From Monocercomonoides exilis PA203 (Eukaryota; Protista; Preaxostyla), in contig LSRY02000075.1 of assembly GCA_001643675.2 (NCBI GenBank), forward strand, positions 1-64,000: 64,000 nucleotides of DNA, given 5' to 3'. Position 1 is the stretch's first letter; the number at the start of each line of letters is the position of its first letter. Both the position numbers and the translations under genes were made by a program. Under the pieces are notes generated by a model. It saw nothing but the letters and a program-made list of their open reading frames with translations, was not told the DNA's origin and made no database searches. Shown here in pieces: positions 13,201 to 27,185 of this stretch.

Positions 13201-16200
13201 TTCCGTCTCTTCAACACAAAACTCCATGTCCCCTCCTATCTTTCCGCTCACACATGCACCATCCGACATCGACGAGCAATCTGTGAATGTGCAGTTTGAT
13301 ATCGTTGCATTCCCAATCCCGCTCCAAATTGTCGCAACATGCCCGCTCTCAAAATCGCATTCGGCAATGCTCACATTCAACATCTCCACAATCCTTCCTT
13401 CCTTCCCAGCAATCATCCCATTCCCTCTCCCACACACCCCACTCGCACAGCTGTCCTCCATCTTCAGCGACCCTCCACACACCAAAAACAATTCCCCTTC
13501 TCCAATCACATCCATCTTCCCGATGTTCACCCTGCTCATATCCAGCTCTCCCCCATGTATCGACGCGATCCTCCACCCGCCTCCCTGCCCTGCTGCGCTC
13601 TCATCCACAATCGCGCTGTCAATCACCACAGCCATCCCACACCTCAGCTCCACCAATTCTGCCTCTGCCAGCCCTTCCCCAAGGGCAACAACAACATTCG
13701 ACAGCATCAGTGTTGTTCGTGCCACACCCTCTGTCACCTCCAGGTGCGCCCCGCTCCCAACGCTCATCTTCCCCTTCTCGCTGTTCCCTCGGATCGTCAG
13801 CGGCTCGCTCCCTCTGTTCACTGTCCCGTTCAGCGGCGCCTCCTTCTTGATGTGGATGATCGACTGCGCTGCTTCCATCTGTCCAAGCCCCGTTTCTACA
13901 CTGCTGCACGGCGTGTCCTCGAACCCGCATTCGCTTTCGCTCCACCCGTCCTTGTTCACAAACACAATTTCTGCAACACTCGCAAACAAGTACTCAAACA
14001 GGCTTGTGCTCACATATTCGTGAGGCTCCTTGTCCACCACCCACAGCCGCTTCTGCTCCTCGCTGCTCTCCTCGCTCGACGCCGTCCCGCTCCAGTATAT
14101 CGCATTCATCATCAGCCGCGGCTTTTCGCACACCACATACACATCCCGCCCTTGGTACGCACTGTTCTCGCTGAACTCCAAATCCTTCATCGAGTACACC
14201 GCCTCCAGCCCTCCAAACCACAAATACACCCCTCCCCCAACTCCGCTCGCTCCCGGCGTCTTGCACCACCCCACCTTGTTCTTCTCAAAAATCATCGTGC
14301 TCCTTCCGCTTGTCTTCACCCACACCCCGCCTCCCTTCGACCCGCTTTCCTCGCAGCTGCTGTTCCAGAACGTGCAGTTCCGCATTCTCCTTGTCTCCCC
14401 TTCCCCAACCATGCACACCACAACCCCGCCATTCCCCCTCGTCCTCTGCAGCTCCTCAACCGTCACATTCCACACCTCAACCAGCGTCCCTCCACTTATC
14501 TTCAGCCCACTGCTGTCCTCCTGCATACACCCGCTCATTCTCCAGTGCTTCAGCTCCACCTTCTTTGTGTGCTTTATCTCCACCAGGCTGCCTCCTCCTC
14601 CTTCTTCTTCGTTTTTCGATCCATATATCTCCAGCCCCTCCATCACCCCTGCACACTCATCTCCGTCAATCACCACAAGCGGCTCTCTTGTGGTCACCGA
14701 ACTCATGCTCAGCCCGCTGATGCTCAGTGTGCCCCCAACACATCTGATCAGCTGTGCATCCAGCACTGCATCTGCTGTTTTCATCCGAACCGAGCAGCTG
14801 CATATTGTCAGCGAAGACCCCGCACACACAAACACACATTTGTGGCCACCTGTGTTGGGCGTCCCTTCGTGTTCCGCTCTTTCTGCTGCAACATCGGTGT
14901 GCTGATTCAGCCCCGCACTCGAGCAACGGGCACCTGAAGAACTCACCGAGAAGTGTATTCGCGAGAATGATATGGTGCTGCTCGTCTCGACCAACCACCC
15001 CTCTGCCCCAATCCCAGATGTGTCTATCTGGATGGCCTCTTCCGCCACAGCTGCTTCAAACTCGATGCTCCGCTCAGCCAGCGTGAGCTTGCTGTTGAAG
15101 ACAAACGTGGGCATCAGCCTCACCGATGCCTGTGCTGCCCCAAACCTCAGCGCGCACCCATACCCGATTGTCGAGCATGGATACACCTCCAGCCCGCACA
15201 TCCGATAATCCACTCCGCTCTCTCCCCCAACATGCACACTTCCTCTGAACTCCACCACAAACACAGCCAGCGGCACAAAAGCGCTCACCTCCCCTCCCTC
15301 CCCCACCTCCTCCCCTTCCAGTTCCCTGAACGTGGCCTTCGTCTCTCGGTCAAACTCAAACTGCATCGACTCGTCTGTTATCAGCCGCGACAGATTCTCT
15401 CCCCGGACAAACACATTGTCCCCGCCTTTCGATGCGTGGTTTGCCTTTTCGTTCACCCCAAACACAACATCGGCAACAACAAACGACGACAGGTTCCCCT
15501 TGCTGACCAGCGCCACCCCGCCTCCATATCCCCCAATCTCATTCCCATCCCTTGCACAGCACCCTTCGAACAATGTCTTCATCCCCACTTTCCCCACTTT
15601 CCCAACTTGCACACAGCCGTCTCCCTCCATTTCCACATGAATTCCTCCGCCATTCCCACGCTCTGTCCAGCACCCCACCACCTGCACATCAAACATCTCC
15701 AGGGCACAGCCCCCCGACACCACTCCTCGCACACAGCATCCGTTCCCCTTTGTTGTTGTCACCTCGCTCATCGTGCAATTCCTCACAACCATGTTTTTCC
15801 CCCCACGGTCACATATCCCGCACCCCTCTGAAAGAGACAGCCCCGACATCGTCGTGTTGCTCACTTCACACACACCCTGTGCATCACACAAAATCAGCCC
15901 ATCAGCATGTGCCTTGCCCACCCCACTGAACAGACACTGCTCAATCGTCCCACATCCTGAATCCTCAACAACAACAACTGGCACCGATGCTGCGGCAATG
16001 GCTGTGAGCTCGAACTCCTCCAGCACCAGCCGGCCACCCGAGACGCGCAGGAACGTGTGCTTCAGCTCTCTGCTCTGCTCGCTGCTCCCGCCACTGCAGA
16101 CACCCACCGAGCACAACCGGATGTTGATCTCCCCACCCGTCGTGTGGATCAGCGCATCCTTCGCCTTTTTCTGCGCTGGAGCCACAAACACCACTTTTTC

Positions 16201-19200
16201 GATTGTCACTTGTGCGCTGCTCTCCACAGTGCCCTCTGCCCCAGTACCCTCGCTCTGCATCATTTCCACCTCACTGCCCATTCCCATTCCTCGTATTCTG
16301 TATTCTCCTTCTTCCAGAACCATCTCTCCTTTCACACATGAAGGCGATGTCACCACGCAATTCACACCTGCTCCTCTGCCCCACAGCCCCACCCCATAGT
16401 CCACTGACTGGCACTCAAACCCTTCATACCCACATCGGCCAAAGTCCCTGCTCCTCTCGCCCCCCACCCGTATTTCCTCTGGGGCATCCCGCAAGTACAG
16501 AACAACCGGAACCACCCATGTCTCGTCCCCGTCTTCATAACCCCCAATCTCTTCTGTGTTCTCATACGATTCCACAAAACCAAACTTTGCTCTTTCAATC
16601 TCCCGCGAAAAGTCTTCCCCACACACAAACACATTCCTTCCCCCAACACTCGCCTGGCACCCGCTGAACCTCAGTCTCTCCAGCTTGAAGTCTCCATCCG
16701 ACCCTTCCATTCTCATCATCAACCCTCCTCCATGCCCTCCTGCCCCGTCCTTCCTCTGTGCACTGCACCCCTCAAAACCCACACTCTCGCTCTTCCCCAC
16801 CTCCACACGCCCCCCGCCTTCCATCACCACCATCATCCCTCCCCCATCCCCTTTCTCACACACCCCTTCCAACACGCTCCCATCCACTGTCAGCCTGCAC
16901 CCATCCTTCACAACTGCTTCCATCACTGCCCCGCACCCTTCCCTCACACACACCCCGCTCGCATTCATCTTCTTCACCTTCATCTTCTTCGCCCCTTTGC
17001 TCACAATCACCCCCTTTCTGCTCCCCTGCCCCACCCGTCACATTCAGCCCCACAATCGTCCCTTCCGCTGTCTCCCCACTCACCTCCACAAACCCTCGCT
17101 CTGTGAACCCCAGCCCATCCAGCACCACATTCGTCACTGTCACACCCCCTCCACTCACACAGAACACCCCATACCCCACCTTCTCCACTGACCCATCTCC
17201 ACACACTCTGCACTCATCCACCGACAGATCTCCACTCCCCTCCACATGGAACACACACCACTCATCCCCCTTCAGCCCCTCTTCCATCACCAGCTCCACC
17301 ATCGCCACCACTCCTGTCCCACTCACTTCAACCATCCCATTGCCCCCGCTCCCGTCCCCTTTCATCACCATCCCACACTCCTCACCATCCACTCCCCCAA
17401 TCATCAGCTCCTCCCCTGGCACAACCCTCACGCTCTCAACAAAGTCGTATCGCCCTTTCACCCTCACATCCCACCTGCTCTTCGCCTGCCTCTTCGAGTA
17501 TCCCACACTCAGGCACTCATACTCGTAAAACCCACACGCCGGCACATCATGCCCATTGTTCCCCACACTCACCTTCCCCTCTCGCTCCTTCAGATAATAC
17601 ACCAGCGGGATCACCACCGACCCCCACCTCGTGTCAACCCCTTCTGCACACTCCTCACCAAACGGATTCGCCACACTGAAGAATCCAAATCGCTCTCGCA
17701 TCACACACTCCCCCAGCAACGGCGACACCACAAACACATCTTTTCCATGTGCTGCTTCATTCCCCACAAACTCCACATTCTTGAACCCATATTCTGCCTT
17801 CACGCCTGCCACACACGTGTGGATCCCTCCCCCTCGCCCTGTGCCTGCATCTGTGCCAGTGTTTGCGCACTCACTCCCATCCCCTCTCTCTGCTCGGCAT
17901 CTGGTCAGCCTTGTTGGTGCTTCTCCCTCCCCAACCACAAGTCTGCTCCCTTCCTCCACCTCCACACTCATCCAGCCTCCATTCCCACACATGGCGCTGC
18001 AGTCTTCCACCACAACCCCCGACACAGCCATTTTCCCATTCCCAGACAGCACCCCTTCCACCACCGCCCCGCTCCCTGACACCCTCCCCATCGACGTCAT
18101 GTTCACCTCCTCCATCCTCATCTGCCTCGCACGGTTCACCCACACTGCGCATTTCCCGTCCATCTGCAGATCTCTCATCGAGCTGTTCCTCAGCACCGCC
18201 TCCCCCTCCAAGATCTCCATCACACACTCCTTCACCACTCTTCCTGCCACACCCCCACTGATCTCGCATCCACTCACTTCCAGCTGCCCACTGGCCCCGC
18301 TCACACAGCACACTCCACTGCTCGACCCCTCTGCCCCATCATCCACAATCGCCAGATCCAGCAGCCCCAGCCACCCATTCCCAACCCAGAACAGCCACCC
18401 TCCGCAGTCCCTCGTGTGCACCACTCCTTTCCTCTCTGCTGGCACACTCCCAATCCTCAGCCTCTTCCCTTCGATCCTCACCCCCTCCTCATAATACTCC
18501 CCTTCTTCAACAGACACATTCCCCACTGTCTCGCCGTCTCCTCTCACCACCCCAACCGTGAACCCTATTGTCCTGCACTTCGCATATGACCCTTCATCCC
18601 TCCCGTGCCCACATGTCACATGGTCTGTCCCTGTGCTGCTGCTCACCACAATCGGGTTGTGGCACGGCTCCAGCCACTTGCTCTTGTCTCCCAGATCTGA
18701 CAGATACAGCTTCACTGCTCCCTCACTCACAGACACACAGTGTCTGAAGTCTCCCTCTTTCACAAACCCATTCCAATCTCGTGACCCATACACATCGCAT
18801 CCTCTCACACTCAAATCTCCATTGTTTCCTGTATTGCTTTCAAAGAAACAAAATTCAACATCAACTGAGCAGCTCGACGATTTGTTCATATAATTTCGAA
18901 GGATCACACCACCTCCTCCAATGTTTGCCTGAGTGGTGCACCCTCGAATTATTGTTTCATGAATATTTGAATTGACATTTTCCCCAACCATCAACCCACC
19001 ACCGCCAATTCTTCCAATGCAACCAGCAAATGAGCAATTATTGATTTCCAAATTCGGAATTGATTTGCATAAGCAAATACCTCCTCCGCAGGCATTTGCT
19101 TCACAGCTTTCATATTTGCATTTTGAAATAAAAAGGACCGAATTTATATTCTGAGTGAAAACAAACAACCCTCCTCCCCAGCTTGGATTTGAAGAACAAT

Positions 19201-20218
19201 AATCGAAAGCATTGTTTTCAATAATAATATTTGAACAGTATGAGATGTACAAACCACCTCCGTGCCACCCAGAACATTGATAAAACAAACAGGATTTGAT
19301 TGAAACATTATTTGCATTTTGAATAAACAGAGCTCCAGCATTTTCACCTGTTTTGATGGAGTTCCATTCGACATTTTCAAAACTCACTGTTTCGTTGTTT
19401 GTAATCCTTTCCTTTTTTCCTTCACTGTATTTCTGTTTGCATCTGAAGAATGTCGAGTTGAAAACACTTGTCGAGCCACCAGCATTGAAGTCTGCCAGAA
19501 TGCCTCCATTGATCGGGTTCCACACCTCTTCAAAACTGCATCCACAAGCAGTTGTGCTTTTGCCCCCACCCTCTCTCCTTGTCCCTTGCTCATCACGCCT
19601 CCCTTCCCATGTGATGTTTCTGAAATGGCAGTTGTCAAGCCTCACCCATTCGCATCTGCACGAACCAATCAGCGGCTTGCTGCCTGCCACACAAAACGAT
19701 GAAAATGAAGTGCAACCCAGAAACAGGCAACTTCCTTCACACGAGCACAGCGATCCCATCTGCCATTGTGCCAAGCCAAATGGCTGCAGCAAGCAGTTCT
19801 TCATCTCCAGCAGCCCACCCTTCACATCGAACAGAGGAACATCCAAATGCAAAACATCAATCACACAAGCACAAAATGAACACATCGAAAGCTCATCAAG
19901 CTGGGCAATGTGTGTGTTTTCAATCACTGTAACTTGCACATCCCTCAAACAGAGAGTGGAATTGATTGAATCAAAGATGACCTGGTGCATGTCAGGATGG
20001 AAAGTGCAGCTGTTGGATTGGATGCGGGAACGGTTGTCTTCAGACAGCGGGGATTGTCTGTTGCCTTTTTGGGATTGCATCACTCCAATTCCAAATGCCG
20101 TATCACTTCCATTTTCATTCTGAGAAAGAAACAAGTTGAGGTGTTTTGTTTGTTCTGAAACAACAAAGCCAATTTGGACAACAAGGCAAAATGTGATCAT
20201 TGGCTGAATTGCTTCCAC
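7735..20218 (-). CDS. Giant type-I membrane receptor-like protein (~4160 aa): signal peptide, GGG-rich beta-helix-like repeats with ~8 'D-x(2-3)-CG-x5-(P)C-x-S/T' modules, single TM, Ser/acidic linker, kinase C-lobe-only pseudokinase. One frameshift near 17035.
   Basis: ORFs 16856..20218 (hydrophobic N-terminus MITFCLVVQIGFVVS) and 7735..17034 join at ...GLNVT/VGQGSRKG across the G-run acgggtgggg. TM is FWPIIVIVMGIVLFVILIIAVISIV-RWR. Kinase motifs are RWKAPE (VIII), VVFSVGMMVWE (IX), IPF and EDRMTL (XI); HRD, DFG and the N-lobe are absent. Confidence 0.85.
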
Positions 20219-21157
20219 TTTTGAAATATGTTTTATTTGATCTTATAGAAAATGTTGAATAACTTTTATTATTATTTGTCAATATCATTTTTCAAAAACA
20301 TTTGCAAAGATATCTCACAATCATGTTCAGTTCGACAGCAATCTATCATAATATTCATCGAATGGAAATTGCACTATATACGACCGTTAATGAAAATTTG
20401 TGTGGATGATAATGACGTTATAGTTGACTGTTTTATAAAGTTATTCTGACTTTCTTTTGTGCAGAAACTTTTATTTTTGAATGAATCAAATTTCAATTTC
20501 CCTCAAAAAATCAAATTGAACAAAATTTTTGACATCAATATCATTTAACAACAATCTTAATAAACAGATTGATATTGAAATTCGACTTGCGGACACTCAA
20601 ACATGATATAAATATGTTCAATTTTTCTTGCCCCCAATTGAAATTGAGCTTTATTGATCAGTAGATAAAATGTGAAATAAATTGGCTATTTCAAATTAAA
20701 TGTATTATTTCAAGTTTCAGCCACGAATTTTTAATTAACCCAGTTATTTTGATATAACCGAGAAAAACTTAAATCTACTGGACGTTTTTAAAAAATCATT
20801 GAATTGAAATGTTTCTGATAGAATTATGGTTGTAGCCATGCACGTAAATGTTTTTGTTTATTTAATTTTATTTCTAAATTTTAAATGTTTCATTTTAAGT
20901 TTAAAAAAAAAATCGGAAAACTTTGTTTGTTTCATCCTCAATTTTTTGAAATTGAATTTTCAAAAGAAGATATATATTATGTTTCTTTCATAACACTGTT
21001 TGTTTATATTTCATTTGAAGAAAAATCTTGAATTGTCACATCTTCATGTTTTGAAATATATTTTCCAATTATTTTATTCAAAATCGCAAAATGATGAAAA
21101 AATTTAATAAAATAATAAAAATTTCATCAAAATCAAAAGTTCGTCGCTTCATAAAAC

Positions 21158-23029
21158 TTAATCGTTGATCACATTTTGTGGAATGTCAGAGTTTGATCGA
21201 TTGAAGCTTTTTCTCACTCGTTTCCTTTCTGTATCCGCTCTCATATTTATTTCCCTAATTTTCTTTCGCTCTATCTCCTTTATTGAAGAAAAGGCAATTT
21301 CTTTATTAAAAAAAGTTTCATCTTCTTCAGTCAAGCAGTGGGAATCGATAACAACGTTTGTCAACCAACATGCAATCTTTGCATCCATTGAGAGATTTTC
21401 TCTTCCTCCTGTGTATTTATTTGAAAGTCGAAGCCATAACCTTTTCATCCTTCCAAAGAACCACTCAACAGGGATTCAATTTCTGGCCCAAATAGAATTA
21501 AACGTTTTGATATTTTCTTCCACTTTTCTGGAAGACAATGTGGAGGAGGAAGCTTCGTGAGATAAGTGATTAATGTTTTAGCAAAGAGTCATCTGTGTTT
21601 GCAGGTGATATTTCAGATAATGAGTCTGTGGATGACATTGCAGAAGCAGAAGAGGAAGAATAAGATGGCAAAGAAGAAGAAGAAGAAGAAGAAGAGGAGG
21701 AGGAGGAGGAAAGAATAGCACAAGAATTGAAATAATGAGAATTGATTTTCGGAAACTTGTTTGTTGGGTAATTCTTTCGGATTGGTGTAATTATATTCAG
21801 CTCGGGAAAATAGCCTTGATATCCTTTATCGGCAAGAATAGCCCAGCTTTCGTTTTCATTATAAATACAACTTCCGCTTTTTTCCTTGTCTGTTTTCTTG
21901 AGATACACAATGAATCTTTTCATCCCTTGTCTGAAAAGAGATACATCATGAATACCTCCTGCAACAGCGTCTGACACAAACAGTGCTTTATGTGGCGGCC
22001 ATGCTGAAACGGCCACTTCGAACTTCATACAATAAACATAATGATGACCATCAAAAAGTTGCTTTGAGTCATCAGATGCTATTGGTGGGCAAGGAACATT
22101 CGCTGTCGTAGCATCTACCAACAAAGCAACAGATGGGAAATCTCGGAATGGGCTAAAGGGAGGCCTTGGAGGCTCTGAAAAGAGCTTCTCTAAAACGTGA
22201 AATAGATGTGGTTTATTTCCTCAATGCTGTTCGAAGCCATTGTGCTCGATATTTTTAAAACATCAGCTATCTTTTTCATGGTGGTTCTGCTTGAAAGCCA
22301 CTCAAGATAGATTTTTATCTGATTGTGAACTGTTAATGTCTTTCGGGGTCCCCTCTTTGGAACAGAACTCGTATCCGATTTGACAAGATTTCCAAGTTCT
22401 ATCAAAAACATTATTGGCAAACTGAATTGTTAATCAGTATTGACATCGATTAATGATAAAATCAATTCACCAAACGATTCTTCTTCTTCCTCTTCTTCAA
22501 GTGATTGGACTTCACTTTTTTCAATACGAGAAATCTGCATTTCCCTTCTTATTTGGAGCGTTTTGAAATCAGGATGCTTTTTTTCTTTCTTGGTTCTTTT
22601 TTCATTTAACATTTTCATTGGCAGTGGAGAAGAAGAGTTTGACGAATTTTTTGTTTGGGAAGGAAATGATTGAAATGTTTTTGGTATTCGATGTGAAAAA
22701 TCGACGCAATCAGTTTCATCATCGCTGTGCGGACTATCTCTCAGCGAATTGTGCGAAAATTGATCGCAACTCCTTTTTTCTTTACGAAGAACCACTTCAG
22801 TGTGATCAGACGAAGATATTGAATTTTCATCACTCAAAATGAAACATGTTTGATTTCCTTCCAATTCTGCTGTTTCAAAATGAGAATATGATAAAGAAGT
22901 TTCTTTTTGTTTGCTTTGGCTGAAAACATTCACAAAGAAAGTATGAAAAGTTTTGAAGAATTGATAATGCAAACCTTTCATTTCTGTGATCATTTCTAGC
23001 ACATCCTGATCCAAAGAATACAATTCCAT
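21158..23029 (-). pseudogene. DDE transposase pseudogene of PIF/Harbinger-ISL2EU/IS5-like type (HTH + DDE_Tnp_4-like)
   Basis: ORF 22430..23029 continues in frame past a TAA into the HTH-like TMKKIADVLKISSTMAS (22190..22420). After a frameshift near 22200 come FPSVALLVDAT (D1), FDGHHYVYCMKFEVAV, GGIHDVSLF, WAILADKGYQG (D2) and IITPIRK. After a second frameshift near 21580 comes WARN*IPVEWFFGRMKRLW (E), where TGA at 21477-21479 replaces the expected Arg. Confidence 0.85.
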
Positions 23030-24799
23030 AGAGAAAAGTTGGATATGTTTCCATGATAAGTTTTTCGATAATTGAAATAAAGGGAGTTTTATCCTGGAAT
23101 ATTGATAATAAAGAAACAGAAATGTGAGTTTTTTTGTGAAATAGTTTAATACGTTGGAAACAAGAAAAAAGAATTGACAAAAAGAATTTAGAATTATTTA
23201 TTTTATTGAATATCAATAAATATTTCAAAGCAATAAAAATCTTTGTTTCAAAAACGAATAATGATTAACAAGATAGACAGAATTAATTCTTGGAAAGGTA
23301 TTATTAAAATTTCAAACAGATTCTAAAAATTCAACACAAACAAGGGTTTATGTTTTATGTTGTTCAATTCCACAGTGAGTTGTTGTTCACAAAGTGACGT
23401 TTATGAATCTTTGAACTTCCAAAATAAATGGGACAAAATATTTGACTTCAGGCTTTTTCATTGAAAAATTATGAATCAAAGATGATCTTTTTGTGATCAA
23501 AAAATTTGAAAAAAATGGGTTTATTTTTTGAAATACATGTGATGTCACACAACATGATGTTATTATATCAATGGCGTTTGCTTTCAAAAATGAAAATCAA
23601 ATTTATTTCGAAATCTTTTAAAATTCAAAAATGTTATAAGTTAAACAATTTTTCCATGCTTTGTGCAAAAAAAGCTTGAAAGTCCATATTTTCCCCCAAA
23701 TGTTAAAAAAATTCCATCAATTTCAAGCGCTAACAAAGGCTGTATTTGAGATTCGCATTTTGGAAATATTGAAACTGCGGATGAGTTTCAGAACAAGAAA
23801 TGAACATGAAGATAAGAAACACATGATATTCATTGTTTTGAATTCATTATTTTCAAATGAAAACTTTTGATTTTTTCTCTGCAAGCTTTGAGATGAAAAA
23901 CGATCTTTATCAACAGTTCAAAAAATGAGCAAGTTAAATAACATAAAAAAACCAGCACTGACAACACAAATAACATAAATACAACCTTGTATCGATTGTT
24001 TCAACATAATTGAAATTTTTAACATCCATGAAGAAAGTTTGAGAATAAATATACTCCAGTTGTTCTTGTGAAAATTGCATTGCACTTATTTTTGAATATT
24101 CATGTGTTCCTAAAGATGTCTCTTTCAATCATAACTCGCACAATTCAATCATTAAAGAACGATTGTTCAAAAACGAAAAGAACAAACAGATTACGATTTC
24201 CCATAACTGAAGCAACTCTGATCAATCGTATAACAAATGTTTTTTTTATCAAAAATGATTTCCTAATTCACTAGATTGAAATGGAATCATCTTTGAAGAT
24301 CAATGATTTTGTTTGCACACAATGCAATACATTTTTTATTTCACAACAAACATTTTTCGTTTGACATTCTTTTTTTTATCATGACTTTGTTTTGAAATGA
24401 ATAAATAACACATTATTTCGTTTGTAAAAGTTGTAATTCTTTGGAATGTTTCAAAAAAGAAAACACTTTTTGCAACTGTTTATTTTTTTTAAAAAACATG
24501 ATAGATTTTTATTTACTTGTGAATGTTCTAAATGAAAAGTTTCACATCACAAATTTGAAACATGTTGTTTTAATGAATTTTTGAAAATGTCCAATTCTTT
24601 AATAAACTGGTATTTTTTTTTATTTTTAGTTTTTGAACTGACGATTATTAATAAAAAATATCCCTCAAAAATTCAATCAATCGAAAGTTCTTCTAAAATC
24701 AAATGAAAAGAAAAATTAAAAAACTATTAACTCAATGACAAACAAATTAATATTTCGTAACTTGTATTAAAAACAAAGAAAAAATAATCAATTAGCCAA

Positions 24800-25730
24800 C
24801 AAACCTCCATCCACATAAATGCAGTCTTCAAACACATCTTATTTCATCTTTTTCAATAACCGTCTATTCGGAACTTTTTGTTTTGCGTTGAGACTTTCAT
24901 TCTCCGTCTTTTCTTTCTGTATTTCACAAAGTTTTCAGAAATACTTTATATCATCCAGAAGAAACTTTTTTGTTCATCTGATCAAATCATTTCCTCCAAA
25001 ACTGCATCAACGACTTCTCAGATTTCTGACATGACTTCAGCTTCAGATCTTGATTATCAGCTGCGCTTAGAATAAAATTCATGCATTGCCAGCTGATTTC
25101 TCCATCATTCCACTTCACTTCCCTGAATTCCCTCGCAATGATGCATGAAAGCACTCCAAATTCTTCATTCTTCTCACAACATAAGTGGACATCAGGGTTC
25201 AATGCAACAATCCATCTCGATGATAATCTTATCATTTTTTCCCCCATTCGCTTTCACCTTCCTCTTCAAACCCACTCGTTTCATCAGCTCTTCCAGCTCT
25301 CTTGTTGCTTCTCCAACAAAATGCAATTCGTTCACAATGACGCTCTTTGGGCATGTGTCATTAATCCATCTGCACATCAAAAACATCCAAGCTGATTGAC
25401 AGGCGAGTTTGATTAGGTTGAGATTTTCCTCACGAAATTGAATGATTTCTGTCATATCCTTCAAATGCAATTCTTGTTCAACATGCTTTCTAACAACTGG
25501 AAAGAAATCAATAAATGAACAAAAGTAATTCAATTACAAACTTTCCACATATAAAAAATGCTCAATTTCAGCTTTGATAATTCCATTTCTTTTTGAGTTT
25601 AATAATTTTTTTCTTTCTTCGAAGGCAACTTTCAAAAAACGAACTTCGCAAATCAATATATATACTAATTTGAATATGCAGCTCAGATAAATGAAACATA
25701 CACAAAAATCAATCAGTCCTTTCATTCTGA
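24800..25730 (-). pseudogene. Decayed copy of a repeated hypothetical helical-protein family of Monocercomonoides-like genomes
   Basis: Fragments in changing frames: LIDFCVCF..ICEVRFLKVA, ELHLKDMTEIIQF..LACQSAWMFL..VIVNELHFVGEATRELEELMKRV, VDAVLEEM, KKMK*DVFEDCI. These match my recollection of a large M. exilis family (LAYQSAW..VIVNELHFAREA.RELEEL..DAVLEEI..EEEGYEDC); not verified by search. Confidence 0.5.
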
Positions 25731-27185
25731 AAACTTTCTGTTATTGCTGTTCCTTATTTCAAAGTTCAAACTCAAAAAGCTATTGTCTTCGAAAAAAAGA
25801 AAGAATGATTTATTAGATTCAATATTTCATGAAATAACTGTTTCACACCAGCTGAATATTATGTATTTTGAATATCTTATATTTTGGCAAAAGCGTGGCA
25901 TTCAGAATGATTCAAAATCTATTTTCAAAATCAAAATGAGAGAAATCTTGAAAGAAAGAAAACGACATTAATAGAAAATATTTACAATAGATTTAGGCAG
26001 TTGTTGTCACTCAGTTTCTGAATGTATTTATGTTTTCATCCAATATATTTTGAAAAATATTGAAAACAATTTGATCATTTACATAAATAAATATTTATCA
26101 ATGAAAATTTCGCACAATAAGTTTTATATGTTTATAATGAATTTAAATGTTGTTTCGAATTAAAATTGAACCAATCGTGAATGATTGTATTATCGTTTAA
26201 AGCAAAAACTTAAATTTCTGAATTCCGAAATAGTGTATTTCAACAAAAATAAGATAAACCTGAAAATAAATGGCAACAATTGTTTGTTGAACTTTTGTCT
26301 TTATGATTGGATTCATAATTTTTGGAAAACAAATCGTTTTCCAATTCCAAGAAAAATGATCATAATTTTTTGTAACACTTCTTAAAAATGCTATTAAAGC
26401 ATAATACACAACATAATCTTTAATATGCATGCGTTTTTGACTTCCACACTCAAAACATTGTTTTTTGATAAATGCAAGACTGTCAGGTTTCAATTGAAAA
26501 AAACTAGTTTTTCTAAAAAACACTGCCTTTAATTTTAAATTACTGGGGGATCTTGAAATAAGCAGTTTATTTCGAAATATTTTTTTATTTCACAATTTAT
26601 CTAGTGTCAAAAAATGATTTTAATTTTATAATTAGTAATTTATTCAATAGAATTCAACCCCAACAAGTTAATTAGGGATAAAACCCTAACAAAAAAACTG
26701 TGATAAAAAAGTTAACAAATAAAAGCCCTTTAAAAACTCAATCATTTCATTTAAATTAGAACCGGATTTTTAATTTTCACAAAAATTGAAAATTACATAT
26801 TTCACAGTTTCCGCACGCAATCGACAGAAAATAACCAACGTGCAAGATATGGTATAATCAAAGCTGTGACATTTGACTTTTTTGTGACCAGTTGTATCTT
26901 GTGCATTAACCCATCGAATCTTTCTTTCTCTTTTATTCTGTATTTATATTAATTAAATATACACTAATTCCAACTCCTCTATATATATGACATGAAAAAT
27001 TTCCAATTGCTCATAAAGAAAAAATTGAAGTGTTTAGTATTATCATGAAACTTTCTTCAGAAATTTGAGGATTTGAAATTTCAAAAATCAATCATATTCA
27101 TAATTCAAATAATAAATACTATAATACATACTTCAAGGAATGAGAAATAATTATTAGTAGTATCTTTCACATCGCAAAAGGATCA

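Noticed and set aside
8801-20123. Many long plus-strand ORFs (e.g. 8801..10126, 10738..11967, 13339..14937)
   Set aside because: Antisense shadows of the G-rich minus-strand gene; Pro/Ser/His-rich translations with no motifs.
20450-23400. Terminal inverted repeats for the Harbinger-like transposase
   Set aside because: No convincing TIR or TSD pair found by eye.
23380-24300. Possible decayed coding or transposase fragment
   Set aside because: Only short AT-rich ORFs with no motif I can support.
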